A DNA stretch of 64,000 nt from Macrostomum lignano (lineage: Eukaryota): contig NIVC01000114.1 of NCBI GenBank assembly GCA_002269645.1, positions 496,001 to 560,000 on the forward strand, in the 5' to 3' direction. The translations under genes were made by a program, and so were the position numbers. The notes below the pieces were generated by a model. The model ran no database searches. It had not been told where the DNA came from and saw only the letters and a list, made by a program, of their open reading frames with translations. Positions 13,001-24,457 of the stretch are shown here, one piece after another. The number at the start of each line of letters is the position of its first letter. Within the stretch, counting starts at the first letter, position 1.

Positions 13001-15224
13001 ACTTCAGCGGCCGACATTCCAGCCAGACGGTCTGGCGAGAGCGGCGGCACCGGCAGCGACTTCGTGTCGAATTTCTTATCCGTAATGGAGCCGACAATTC
13101 TGGGATTATCAACAACTGATCCCGCGGAATCCGCGTCCTCTTCTAAGTGGATTAATCGGCGAAGCTCTTCAACGTCGGTGGCAGCAGTTGAGGAGCTTGG
13201 TCGGCGCTGTTGCTGAGGCGTTGCTGGGGCACCGGCTGATGGCGGTCGGCTGGACTGACGACCGCTGATGCTTGAGGCGGCGGCGGCGGCTGCACCAGTT
13301 GATGGTTGCTGCTGTTGCTGCTTGTTGCTGCTGCTGTTGTTGGCAGTAACTGGGCGACTGCCGGCGTGTAAAGTGAAGGAGACTGCATCGTTATGATGAT
13401 GCTGCTGCTCATGCTGATGGAAGCTGGAGTTGTCGGCGGCTGCATCCTCTGGGATTGGCTGAAAATAAAGTTGAGATGTCTGGCTGCATGTCTAGTTCTA
13501 GACGCGCAATAGCTGGTAATCCCTAATTAGCTGGTAATCACTAATTAGCTGGTCTCTGATCCCTAATAGCTGGTCTCCGATGTCTAATAGCGGGTCTCTG
13601 ATCCCTAATAGCGGGTCTCTGATCCATAATTAGCTGCTCTCTGATCCCTAATAGCTGGTCTCCGATGTCTAATAGCTGGTTCCTGATCCCTAATAGCTGG
13701 TCTCTGATCCCTAATAGCTGGTTCCTGATCCCTAATAGCTGGTCTCTGATCCCTAATAGCTGGTTCCTGATCCCTAATAGCTGGTCTTCGATGTCTAATA
13801 GCGGGTCTTTGATACCTAATAGCTGATCTCCGATGTCTAATAGCGAGTCTCTGATCCCAAATAGCTGGTTTCTGATCCCTAATAGCTGGTTTCTGATACC
13901 TAATAGCTGGTCTCCGATGTCTAATAGCGGGTCTCTGATCCCTAATAGCTGGTCTCCGATGTCTAATAGCGAGTCTCTGATCCCTAATAGCTGGTTCCTG
14001 ATACCTAATAGCTGGTCTCTGATCCCTGGTAGCTGGTCTCTGTTCATTCCAGAAAAAAATAATAATCACAGATCCTAAAAAGTCATCCCAAATCCCAACA
14101 AATTATCTCAGATCCCAACACAACACCCCACTCACGGATCTGCTGTTGCTCCTCCCCAGACTGGTATCTCCAAGCGGCTGCTGATTGGGGTGATGACTCC
14201 GACTGGCACGCAGGGACTGCCTAACCGAAGCGAGCGTCTCCTCCAAGCTGACAGACCGATTCAAAGCCATGGATTTCCTAGGCGAAGCATCACCATAAGA
14301 CCCAGCCAAATCCGCCAGTTTGCCTTGCCAGAAAGAATGACTAATCAGTTCCGGCCAGTCCAGCCTCGTGTCCGGATCTTTGTCCAACAACCGGCCAACT
14401 AGATCGGAGAAATCATTGCTTGGCTTGCCGGTCAGTCGGGCACCCTTCACTCTGGGTGGCGGCAGCTGTTTGTACACGATGCCTTCGGCTACATCTTTAG
14501 CAGTGGCGGCAGCGAACGGAGGCCTGCCGGTGAACATGTGATAGAGCAGAGCGCCCAGCGACCATAAATCTGATTTGTAATCGGCGCAAGGCTGATCTCC
14601 ACGAACCATCTCAGGAGCCAGCCAATCAAGATGCGGCGGTTGAGGCTCCCGGATCTGACCGCCACCTCCTCCGCCCCCATCCGCATCACCATCCGCCCCG
14701 GCGGATAAATCCGACTCCTCATCCCCGCCGCCCATATCGACAAAATGACAATACAGATCCGACAGCAGTTCGCCATTTTTAAATGCCAAAGAGAAATCGG
14801 CCAGCTTCATCTGGCCTTCATTATCGATTAGCACTTTACTGGGGCACAGGTCCGCGTACACAATATCGCTGCTATGCAGATAGTGCAATGCTCGAACTAA
14901 ATCCATACCAAACTGCCTGATCGCAGTCTCCGGCAGTGCTCCATCAAGTTGCAACAGGGTATCTAAATCGCCGCCTGAGCACAGCTCAAACACCAGCCAC
15001 AGGTGATTAGTGGTTTCATACCATTCCATAAACTGCACGACAAGAGGGTGCCGCAACTCGCTCACAAATCTCACGTGATTGGTCACGGGAGCTCTGGCTC
15101 GCTTCTTCACACTGCTGATAGCCAGGAAAGCAATGGTGCCTTTGCGGCGACCTTTGTGAGTTGTGGTGCAACCGGCTATGTTGGGCGAATTCGTAATGTC
15201 CTCGTATAGGACAAAATTCTCCAT
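4100..15224 (-). CDS. ULK4: ULK4 serine/threonine pseudokinase with C-terminal HEAT/ARM region, 8 coding exons, 1387 aa
   Basis: Exons 15224-14136, 13458-12811, 11682-11278, 9947-9297, 8507-8187, 7528-7226, 6023-5518 and 4340-4100. All introns are GT-AG, phases are consistent, and the total is 4164 nt. MENFVLYEDI, HKGRRKGT, EWYETTNHLWLVFELCSGG, FRNTKLKQ and KIIEK|VCG match ULK4 as recalled. Confidence 0.95.
4362..5505. repeat. 22/24-bp minisatellite in ULK4 intron 7
   Basis: Units gatttgggattctgagactatc and gatttgggattctgacaccccatc. Confidence 0.97.
6128..7205. repeat. 22-bp minisatellite in ULK4 intron 6
   Basis: Unit catagcaaccagttagctacac (starts at 6133, 6155, 6177...). Confidence 0.97.
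7650..8162. repeat. ~22-23-bp G-rich minisatellite in ULK4 intron 5
   Basis: Unit ggggcggaagcttcatgagga. Confidence 0.95.
8939..9178 (-). mobile_element. tRNA-derived CORE-type SINE, copy 1 (3' truncated), in ULK4 intron 4
   Basis: Reverse complement of the copy at 12442. A box TAGCCTAGTGG, B box GGTTCGATTCC, and body tgtgtccttgagcaaggcgcttaactctgcattgcttcagtccacccagctgtaaaatggg resembling the MIR CORE consensus. Confidence 0.88.
10040..11180. repeat. 27-bp minisatellite in ULK4 intron 3
   Basis: Unit agtagtagggggcggaaattgtatact. Confidence 0.97.
11790..12430. repeat. 17-bp purine-rich minisatellite in ULK4 intron 2
   Basis: Unit gatagggaagcatcaaa grading into gacatggaagcatcaaa. Confidence 0.95.
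12442..12735 (+). mobile_element. tRNA-derived CORE-type SINE, copy 2 (near full length)
   Basis: Starts ggggttgtagcctagcggttagagcg (A box), then ggttcgattcc (B box), CORE-like tgtgtccttgagcaaggcac...cagctgtaaaatggg, and an AT-rich tail aatcaattattatt. Confidence 0.9.
13500..14042. repeat. 21-bp minisatellite in ULK4 intron 1
   Basis: Unit cctaatagctggtctctgatc. Confidence 0.97.
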
Positions 15225-15339
15225 GATTGGCTGCGCTAGTGCGGCCTTGTCAGCAGAAATTTGAACAAATTGACAAGTTTTAAAAATGAATATTTATGGG
15301 GGCAGGAGCGAAAATGCTGGGTGAAAAAAGGTCGGACAT

Positions 15340-15735
15340 TGTTGATGAAGAGGACAGTGAAAGGGGAGCGGAGTGACAGTGCTGATAAGAGGAGTGACAG
15401 TACTTATAAGGGGAGTGACGGGCAGATAAGGAGAGTGACAGCACTTATAGGGGAGTGACAGTATTTATAAGGGGAGTGACTGGGCAGATAATTAGAGTGA
15501 CAGTGCTGATAAGAGGAGTGACAAGGCAGATAAGGGGAGTGACAGTACTTATAGGGGAGTGACAGTATTTATAAGGGGAGTGACAGTATTTATAAGGGGA
15601 GTGACAGTGCTGATAAGAGGAGACAGGGCAGATAAGGGGAGTGACAGGGCAGATAAGTGGAGTGACAGTGCAGATAAGGGAGTGACAGGGGAATAGATGA
15701 AGTGACAGGGGGAGAGGGGGAGTGACAGCTAAGAA
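15340..15735. repeat. ~21-22-bp minisatellite upstream of the ULK4 start
   Basis: Recurring gggagtgacagtRYttatag-like units. Confidence 0.92.
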
Positions 15736-16359
15736 ATAAGAAAACAGGAGTGAAGGCACAATCTTTGGCATGCAAGCGAGCAGTTCATATTGGAATCAAA
15801 ATTCTATTTTATATAATATAAATATTTGTAAATAATTGTGAGCATAAATATATTTCTTTATATTTTAAAAAACTAATTTCTGAGTACGCAACAATCGCAG
15901 TTGTAAAAAAGAATAAAAAAATAGCAACTAAACGAGAAACAGGGGCAAAAAACTTGGAAATTAAAAAAATATTAAAACAATAGCGGCAAAGCAGATCAAC
16001 AAAATAGGGCACATTAAAAATAAAAATACATATAGTGTCACAGAAAGGTAAAGCACCAATTTAAAAACAATTGATTATGTTTTGCCTTTATAGGCACATT
16101 GGAGCTAATTATAAATCTGCGTCATTTTGTTTGCCAGATTTCAACTCATATATGTTACACTTAGCAAGCGCTTAATACACTACTAGAATAAACAATAATA
16201 ATTATTAATAATAAGAGCGCAATCTGATTCGCCCTACTTACTTCTAGCAGTAACAACAAGTACATGCAGAATTAAAAGAGTGAATTCAATTCATCAAATC
16301 ATGCACTCAGTGAAGGCTTTGCCGCGGCCACAATATACTAGAAGGGGCTTAGAAAGGGC

Positions 16360-17465
16360 CTTCTGCCCCTTCTGTAGCTTCCGCCCCTTCTGTAGCTTCC
16401 GCCCCTTATGTAGCTTCCGCCCCTTCTGCAGCTTCCGCCCCTTCTGTAGCTTCCGCCCCTTCTGTAGCTTCCGCCCTTTCTGTAGCTTCCGCCCCTTCTG
16501 TAGCTTCCGCCCCTTCTGTAGCTTCCATCCCCATTCTGTAGCTTCCACCCCTTCTGTAGCTTCCATCCCCATTCTGTAGCTTCCACCCCTTCTGTAGCTT
16601 CCACCCCTTCTGTAGCTTCCGCCCCCTCTCTGTAGCTTCCACCCCTTCTGTAGCTTCCGCTTCTGTAGCTTTTACCCCTTCTGTAGCTTCCGCCCCTTCT
16701 GTAGCTTCCACCCCTTCTGTAGCTTCCGCCCCTTCTGTAGCTTCCGCCCCTTCTGTAGCTTCCGCCTATTCTGTAGCTTCCACCCCTTCTGTAGCTTCCA
16801 CCCCCTCTCTGTAGCTTCCACCCCTTCTGTAGCTTCCGCCCCTTCTGTAGCTTCCGACCCTTCTGTAGCTTCCGCCTATTCTGTAGCTTCCACCCCTTCT
16901 GTAGCTTCCGCCCCTTCTGTAGCTTCCACCCCTTCTGTAGCTTCCGCCCCTTCTGTAGCTTCCGCCCCTTCTGTAGCTTCCGCCCCTTCTGTAGCTTCCA
17001 CCCCTTCTGTAGCTTCCGCCCCTTCTGTAGCTTCCACCCCTTCTGTAGCTTCCACCCCCTCTCTGTAGCTTTCGCCCCTTCTGTAGCTTCCGCCCCTTCT
17101 GTAGCTTCCGCCCCTTCTGTAGCTTCCACCCCTTCTGTAGCTTCCGCCCCTTCTGTAGCTTCCACCCCTTCTGTAGCTTCCGCCCCTTCTGTAGCTTCCG
17201 CCCCTTCTGTAGCTTCCGCCCCTTCTGTAGCTTCCGCCCCTTCTGTAGCTTCCACCCCTTCTGTAGCTTCCGCCCCTTCTGTAGCTTCCACCCCTTCTGT
17301 AGCTTCCACCCCCTCTCTGTAGCTTCCGCCCCTTCTGTAGCTTCCACCCCTTCTGTAGCTTCCGCCCCTTCTGTAGCTTCCACCCTTTCTGTAGCTTCCA
17401 CCCCTTCTGTAGCTTCCGCCCCTTCTGTAGCTTCCGCCCCTTCTGTAGCTTCCGCCCCTTTCGGT
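16360..17465. repeat. 18-bp minisatellite between Rab35 and ULK4
   Basis: Unit ttctgtagcttccRcccc; source of the EATEGA/GRKLQK/GGSYRR ORFs. Confidence 0.97.
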
Positions 17466-17653
17466 AGCGGCTCTGTAGCACGGAGCAAAATTAATTATAA
17501 AGTTAATTTAAAAGTAACTTTACTTTCGTATAAAAAACAAGCGGTTTGGGACAAAGACACACATTCTTCCTTAATTAGAGTTTGTTTTATAATACACAAG
17601 AAAAATTGCACAACTACCCCGAAAACAATTCAAACGGCAATAAAAACAATAAT

Positions 17654-20600
17654 TTAGCAGCATTTCTTTTTTCCACCGCTGCCGGTGCCGCTCTTGACTT
17701 TGGTCACTTTGATGGCGCCGCCGCTGCTGCCTCCTCCGCCTTTGTCGGCGCCGTTGCCTCCGCTCTGACCGCCCGATCGCTTGGTTTTCAGAATCTCCTC
17801 AGTAACTAAATTAAATAGCTGCAATAATTTCAAGTCAGCATTGCATAAAAAAGCGTTAGAACTTGACAATATTAATAAATAATTTGCATAACTAGCTTAC
17901 CAAATCAACATTGACATTGTCTTTGGCGGAGGTTTCCACAAATGGCACATTGAATTCGTCGGCCACGGTTTTCAAGTCTGGCGTTGAGATCACTTTAGTC
18001 TCTGGGCAGTCGTTTTTGTTGCCAACTGGGGAGGGGGGTTCAGTTTTAAATGGTTGACGGTTTGTAGTGTGCAAAACTACCGATATGTAGCGTAGGTAAC
18101 TTTATTAAATATCTGATATTAGACAACTGCCGATATGTAGCGTAAATAATTATATTTTAAAATCGATTTCAGATTAAAACTCAAATTTAGACAATAAAAA
18201 AGCCTAAATACTACTCACCAATAACCTTAGCAACAGCAGTTGGACAGTGCTGTTGAATCTCTTCAAACCAGCGTTTTACGTTTAAAAAAGTGCCAGCAGA
18301 GTTCACGTCGTACACAACAATAATTCCGTGAGCGCCGCGGTAATACGTTGCTGTGATTGTGCGGAATCTTTCCTGACCTGCGATAATGTTTACATACAAA
18401 AAGCGTTAGGCTTAGTAATGCAGTTTATGACCGATTTAAAACCTGTTTATGACCGATTTTGAAATTAGTCTATGACCGAATTTCAAATCACTCTGTGACC
18501 GATTTTTAAATCAGTTGATGACCGATTTTGAAATAAGTCTATGACCGATTTTTAAATAAGTTTATGACCGATTTTACAATCAGTTTATGACCAATTTTCA
18601 AATCAGTTCATGGCCGATTTTCAAACACTCTATGACAGATTTTTAAACACTCTATGACCGATATTGAAATCAGTTGATGACCGATTTTGAAATTAGTCTA
18701 TGACCGATTTTGAAATTAGTCTATGACCGATTTTCAAACACTCTATGACCAATTTTTAAATCAGTTGATGACCGATTTTGAAATTAGTCTATGACCGATT
18801 TTGAAATCAGTCAATGAACGATTTTGAAATCAGTTTAGGACCGATTTTCGAGCACTCTATGACAGATTTTTAAACACTCTATGACCGATTATCCAATCAG
18901 CTTATGACCGATTTTGAACTCAGTTTATGAACGATTTTGAAATTAGTCTATGACCGATTTTCAAATCACTCTGTGACCGATTTTTAAATCAGTTGATGAC
19001 CGATTTTGAAATTAGTATATGACCGATTTTTAAATAAGTTTATGACCAATTTTACAATCAGTTCATGACCGATTTTCAAACCCTCTATGACAGATTTTGA
19101 AATCAATTTATAAAGTAGATGTACAGTTTTCAAAATGTACACCTTACCAGCAGTGTCCCAAATCTGCAGCTTCACTCTGACGCCATTTACTTCAATAGTT
19201 TTAATCTTGAAGTCAACGCCAATAGTGGTGATGTAACTGCCAGAAAAAGTGTCATCTGTGTAGCGAACTAGTAGGGAGCTCTTGCCAACACCTGAGATGG
19301 AGATAAGTGAAAGAAGTGCCAAAATAAAGGCTGAATAAGCAAATATAAATAGTATTGTTAGAATTTAAATAGCTGGGAAATTCCACTAACCATGTCTCTT
19401 ATAAAATGTGTGTACCTTTTCTAGATACTAACTGCCATAATGTAAATAGGTATTTTTTCTCTTTATCTGATACAAAAAAATAATCAATCAAGCTAGATAT
19501 CTATAAGGTCTCTTTGTATCCAGGTTATGCTTGCTATCTGGGGTTGCTTGCGGTCTGGGGGATGCTTGCTGTCTAGGGGATGCTTGCTATCTGGGGGATG
19601 CTTGCTATCTGGGGGATGCTTGCTATCTGGGGATTGATGCTTGAATGCTGTCTGGGGGATGCTTGCTGTCTTGGGAGTTTTTGTTTTTAGAGGGAATGTC
19701 TGTTGTTTTTTATGAAGGCTTTATTTTGCTGTCTATTTGTTATTTGTAAAGAACAAGGATTCTATCCAGATGTCCCCCATCGAAGGGCGAAGATTGCTAG
19801 GTAATAGACTAAATTCAAAAATGTCTTATAAAATAATGTTTGATTGTTATTAGCCTAAAATATGTTAAAACCAACATTAAAATGTACATAGTGGGAGTGG
19901 GATAGCTGTATACTAGACAACAAAATTATGGGGCAGCTGACCAAGGGGTGACCCAGGTGGGTCCTAGGTCAATTTGGTGACAAGACAGCTAGCTATCTGT
20001 TTTTTAGATATAGAGAAGATATCAGGTCAATATTCTTGAGTATAAAATAGTAAATATATAGTGCGTAGAACAGAAGCTACGAGGGGTGTCCAAAAAGTAG
20101 TGATACTTTTAACTGTAGCTCTCGTTCTATAGCTTCCTGTGATTTAAAATTTTATGAACTGATAGCGGCAAATCTCTTCTACAGACTGCTTTTTGAATTT
20201 TTAAAATTGATACCAGAGAACAAAAGTTATACCCACAAAAGTAACAGTACCTGTACCATAGAGTTACACAGATTATATCAAAATTTATGATAGTCAACTT
20301 CTGCACTTATTCATTAAGAAGGCATCGATAAATGTCTTGTTTAAGCAATACCAAAGCCCAATTGCAAAATTATGCTCACTGCGACTGACTGAAATTTGTC
20401 TATGGACAGAATCATGCGCAGAAAAATAAAGCATTAAATTCATTACTTTACTTGCAAACAGAGGAGCTTGCATTTTGCAATTGATTTCATTGCCCATACT
20501 CGATAACACACATGGATGTGCACTCAGTTGTTGCTCAGCAAAGTACTATCTTCACTCTTTGGGGTGCTGGCCATAGTGCCTCAGAAATTCACGCAAAACT

Positions 20601-23600
20601 TTGCTCTGCGCACGGATTCTCTGCAGTCAGCAAAATGACAGTTTATCGATGGATGGAGCAGTTCAGCAAGGGAAGGACTGACTTCGCAGATCAGCATTGG
20701 ACGGGGCGGCCATACGTTCATCGACCTGGCGGACTCCATTCTGAATCTTCTTGATGAGGACTCCCGAATGACCATTAGAGAGATTGCTGACAGGTTGGAC
20801 AAGCCGAAATCAAGAATTCATAGAAGCTTACTCGGCATGGATCTCGTGAAGCTCAGCCTATAATCTGTGTAACTCTATGGTACAGGTACTGTTACTTTCA
20901 TGGGTATAACTTTTGTTCTCTGGTATCAATTTTAAAAATTCAAAAAGCAGTCTGTAGAAGAGATTTGCCGCTATCAATTCATAAAATTTTAAATCACAGG
21001 AAGCTATCGAACAAGAGCTACGGTTAAAAGTATCACTACTTTTTGGACACCCCTCGTACATTGCATTCAATTGCTTTTATGCAAATATAGATATAGGATG
21101 CATGCGCAATATACATGTAATATGTTGCCATTTTAACCAATAGGATACATCATAGAATTATGATTGTGTAGAAAGAAATAAGTAAGCAATTTTGATTGAC
21201 CACATCCATTCAGATTACCTAGCATAACTTAATGCTAGTTCTGTGATTCATGGATTTAGCGGTTAGCAACCAGTAATTGTGATATAATGAGTGCCAATAA
21301 GAGCATAGCAATTTTTTTATATAATATAATTGTCACCTTCACTTAACTGTGTTGCTGAATAAATAAATAAATGTTATTCATTTACTAAATATAGAAGACC
21401 AAGTTTTGTATGACTTTACATTTATAAACATGTGTTTATGTTGACATGCATGCTTAGATGCAACCTAAGGATTCACCCGGCCATTTCTATTGGCAACATA
21501 TACATGTAAGTCACTATTGGCTAAGAGTAGTCACGTGACTGATTCTGATTCCCAAGGTTGCGCATGTATGTTGACATGGTCACAAGCCACAACCATAAGT
21601 TTACGATACACATAGGACAATTGCAACAACTTATATAGCTTGATGGCAGTTTGTAAAAGTAAATTAGAGATAGAAATTAATACCTGCAACAACTTTGATG
21701 ACAACTGTGGAATCATTTAAAAGACAGAAGGAACCCTTGCATCAACTCAGTGGCTTAAATAGTGGAATTTTAATAGAGAAGAACTAGCCCTATAAAATTT
21801 AATGCTGAAAATGTTTAGTATTATCTAACAAAACTCAAACCAATTGAACCTAATCAGAATTTTTAGTAGTAATTAAATAAAAAAAATCAATAGGTAGCCT
21901 AAATTGGCTAGGCACTTGGCCTAAATAAAAATATCAAACAAACATGTATTCATTTCCCAATTGACATTCAGATTCACATTCAAATTTTAACAAAGCCGCT
22001 GTAACTTTTCTTTACTTGAACAAAATGCTTTTAAATTTTACAAAAACTTTGACACAATCAAGAAAAAAAACTACGTAAAATATCTTGGCATATAAAAATA
22101 GACTGTGCAAATTATTCACATATAAAGTTTGTTCTTATCTCCTTAGTATACTATTATGCAACTCAACACAACAGCTTAAAATACATGCAGAGCTACAAAA
22201 CTTTATTTTTTCTCTTGACGCACGTGAGATGCGTTGGCAAGTCAAAAATCAGCACCCTAGCTTAAAGCCTGTACAAGTTATTCACCTGCAAACTTTGTTC
22301 CTATCTCTGTAGTGTATTTTGGGGGTCCAGCTTGACATTTGCTGACAGATACTTCTACTCAATGCAGAGCTACAAAACTTTATTTTTCTAACATCTGATC
22401 ATCTGAAAACAATAGAGCTAATGTCCTGACATTCCCTCAAAGTACAATAGTTTTTGTAATCTAATGCACTAGTATGGGCGTATCTTCATCAGTTCCAGGA
22501 TATTTCGTCCACTGGCATTTCAACAACTGGTATTGTATATGTATATCACGTAACCATGCAGACATTATGGCAACTGGACATTTGGTTCAAGCTAAAATTT
22601 ACTTCCAAGTGTAAATGCTTTAAACAAATTTGATATTGCATTACCATTTCTCACATTCTCTGGCTGGTGCAGAGCTATAATATTAGCTACAATTTGCTGA
22701 GTTGCCATAATGTCTGGTTGACAAACTGCCAATTGACAAAACGCTTTAATCCATTGTTTAAAAAGTCTTCTGCATGGCTGCATGGTGTAGCAGACTCTAA
22801 ATGAGTCCCGTTTTCAACTTCCAGGCTATACCAGATAACTCAAACAATTCTTGATCATGAGGACCCCACTAAAGCAGCGTAAAAATGATGCGATGCATGC
22901 TCATTGAGGGATGTGTGGCAGGGGTCTAAACAGAAATTATTTTTAAGGCTTAGGTGGGTGACCCAGCTATGACCAAAGCCAAATTTGTGAACTTTCTATC
23001 CTGTTATATGTTTCCCATTAGATGAATTCCCTGAATCTTAGTCACTGTCCAGACTACAAAGGCAGAAAGCATAAATACTGTAATATAATTTATATACTTT
23101 CATGGATTATATTCCTAGCTTATGTATGAGTAGTAGATTCATTTTATGCCAGTGAGCAAGAATGAGCTAATTAAGGGTAAATTAAGCTAAAGGTTTCGAG
23201 GGCTTAAATTATTTACTTTACCATTTCAATAAAAGAATTCTCATCAAACTCTAAATATTTTATTTCCTTCCTCTACTACATGATGTTTTTTTCTTCTACA
23301 AAATGCACTAAAAATCTCTTAGTACTTTTTAAGCATGCAGATTAAGCCATGCAGTGCAAGATTTATTTATGCTGGATGCATGATGTTTTTCTTTAAAAGG
23401 TTTTGTTTCATTCATTGCTTTTCCACTTTAAGTTACACTTCGAAAAATGTTAATTTGTTTTGAAAATAAACAGTTGCTCAAGGTATGAATTTTTAACTAT
23501 CCTAATTTTCTAGTTTTTCTTTTTAATATAGCAATATAGTGGTTCCCAGCGAATGTCCAAGCTGGACCCCAAAATACACTATGGAGATAGGAACACAGTT

Positions 23601-24376
23601 TGCAGGTGAATAACTTGTATAGGCTTTAAGCTAGGGTGCTGATTTTGGCATCTCGGGTGTATCAAGAGAAAAATAAAGTTTTGTAGCTCTACATTGAATA
23701 GAAGGTCTGTCAGCGAATGTGAAGCTAGACCCCCAAAATACACTACAGAGATAGGAACAAAGTTTGCAGGTGAATAACTTGTACAGGCTTTAAGCTAGGG
23801 TGCTGATTTTTGACATGCCAACGCATCTCATGTGTGTCAAGAGAAAAATAAAGTTTTGTAGCTCTGCGTTGAGTAGAAGTGTCTGTCAGCGAATGTCAAG
23901 CTGGACCCCCAAAATACACTACAGAGATAGGAACATAGTTTGCAGGTGAATAACTCATATAGGCTTTAAGCTAGGGTGCTGATTTTTGACTTGCCAACGC
24001 ATCTCGCGTGAATCAAATGAAAAATAAAGTTTTGTAGCTCTGCATGTATTTAATCTGCTGTGTTGAGTTGCATAATAATACACTAGGTAGGCCTAGATAG
24101 GAACAAACTTTATATGTGAATAATTTGTACAGTCTATTTTTAAATGCCAAGATATATTATGTAGTTTTTTTTTGATTGCATCAAAGTTTTTGTAAAATTT
24201 AAAAGCATTTCATTCAAGTAAAAAAAGTTATAGTGGCTTTGTTAAAATTTGAATGTGAATCTAAATGTCAATCAGGAAATGAATATGTCAAACAAACTCT
24301 GAAAATGAAAATTGCACTTACCACTATCTCCAATTATAAGTAGCTTGAATAAATGGCTATAATCATTTGTAGCCAT
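17654..24376 (-). CDS. RAB35: Rab35-type small GTPase, 5 coding exons, 215 aa
   Basis: Exons 24376-24322 ([19 protein letters not shown]|gtaagt; missed by the ORF track), 19291-19148, 18377-18219, 18025-17901 and 17818-17654, totalling 648 nt. Motifs [51 protein letters not shown] and C-terminal KKKCC. The FSGSYITT effector segment points to Rab35 rather than Rab1/8. Confidence 0.93.
18420..19100. repeat. 22-bp minisatellite in Rab35 intron 2
   Basis: Unit atgaccgattttgaaatcagtt with variants. Confidence 0.95.
19530..19670. repeat. Short 18-bp minisatellite in Rab35 intron 1
   Basis: Unit gggggatgcttgctatct, about 6 copies. Confidence 0.85.
20080..21056 (+). mobile_element. Internally deleted mariner element with ~200-bp TIRs
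   Basis: TA target sites at 20078-79 and 21057-58. TIRs start CGAGGGGTGTCCAAAAAGT (20080-20277 and 20859-21056). The transposase N-terminal HTH remnant (SASEIHAKL...[14 protein letters not shown], then frameshifted [14 protein letters not shown]) is present; there is no DD34D domain. Confidence 0.93.
21943..24287. mobile_element. MULE/foldback-like element with ~440-bp TIRs and 9-bp TSD
   Basis: TSD tcaaacaaa at 21934-21942 and 24288-24296. 21943-22385 is an inverted copy of ~23845-24287. The right arm continues inward as ~170-bp tandem units. No clear transposase. Confidence 0.8.
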
Positions 24377-24457
24377 AACACTAATTACTAGGAAGGCTTC
24401 TGACTTATATTATTATAACTTTGCTTAGCTATAATTTATGTGTAATATACAAGTTAT

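Noticed and set aside
242-17488. Many repetitive ORFs in the track (GGCLAGGEW, SESQIDGV, YTSSRGRKL, IRDQLLG, EATEGA etc.)
   Set aside because: They are frame-preserving read-throughs of intronic or intergenic minisatellites, beyond well-defined splice sites.
4362-19100. CRISPR-like regularly spaced repeats
   Set aside because: The units are contiguous tandem repeats without unique spacers, there are no cas genes, and the context is a spliced eukaryotic gene region.
18984-19322. Rab start at [10 protein letters not shown], as in the ORF track
   Set aside because: This is a polypyrimidine tract plus acceptor; the true first coding exon is 24376-24322.
22592-22783. MULE transposase remnant inside the foldback element
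   Set aside because: Resemblance is only vague (a YTW motif in a shifted frame), and no catalytic motifs were recognisable.
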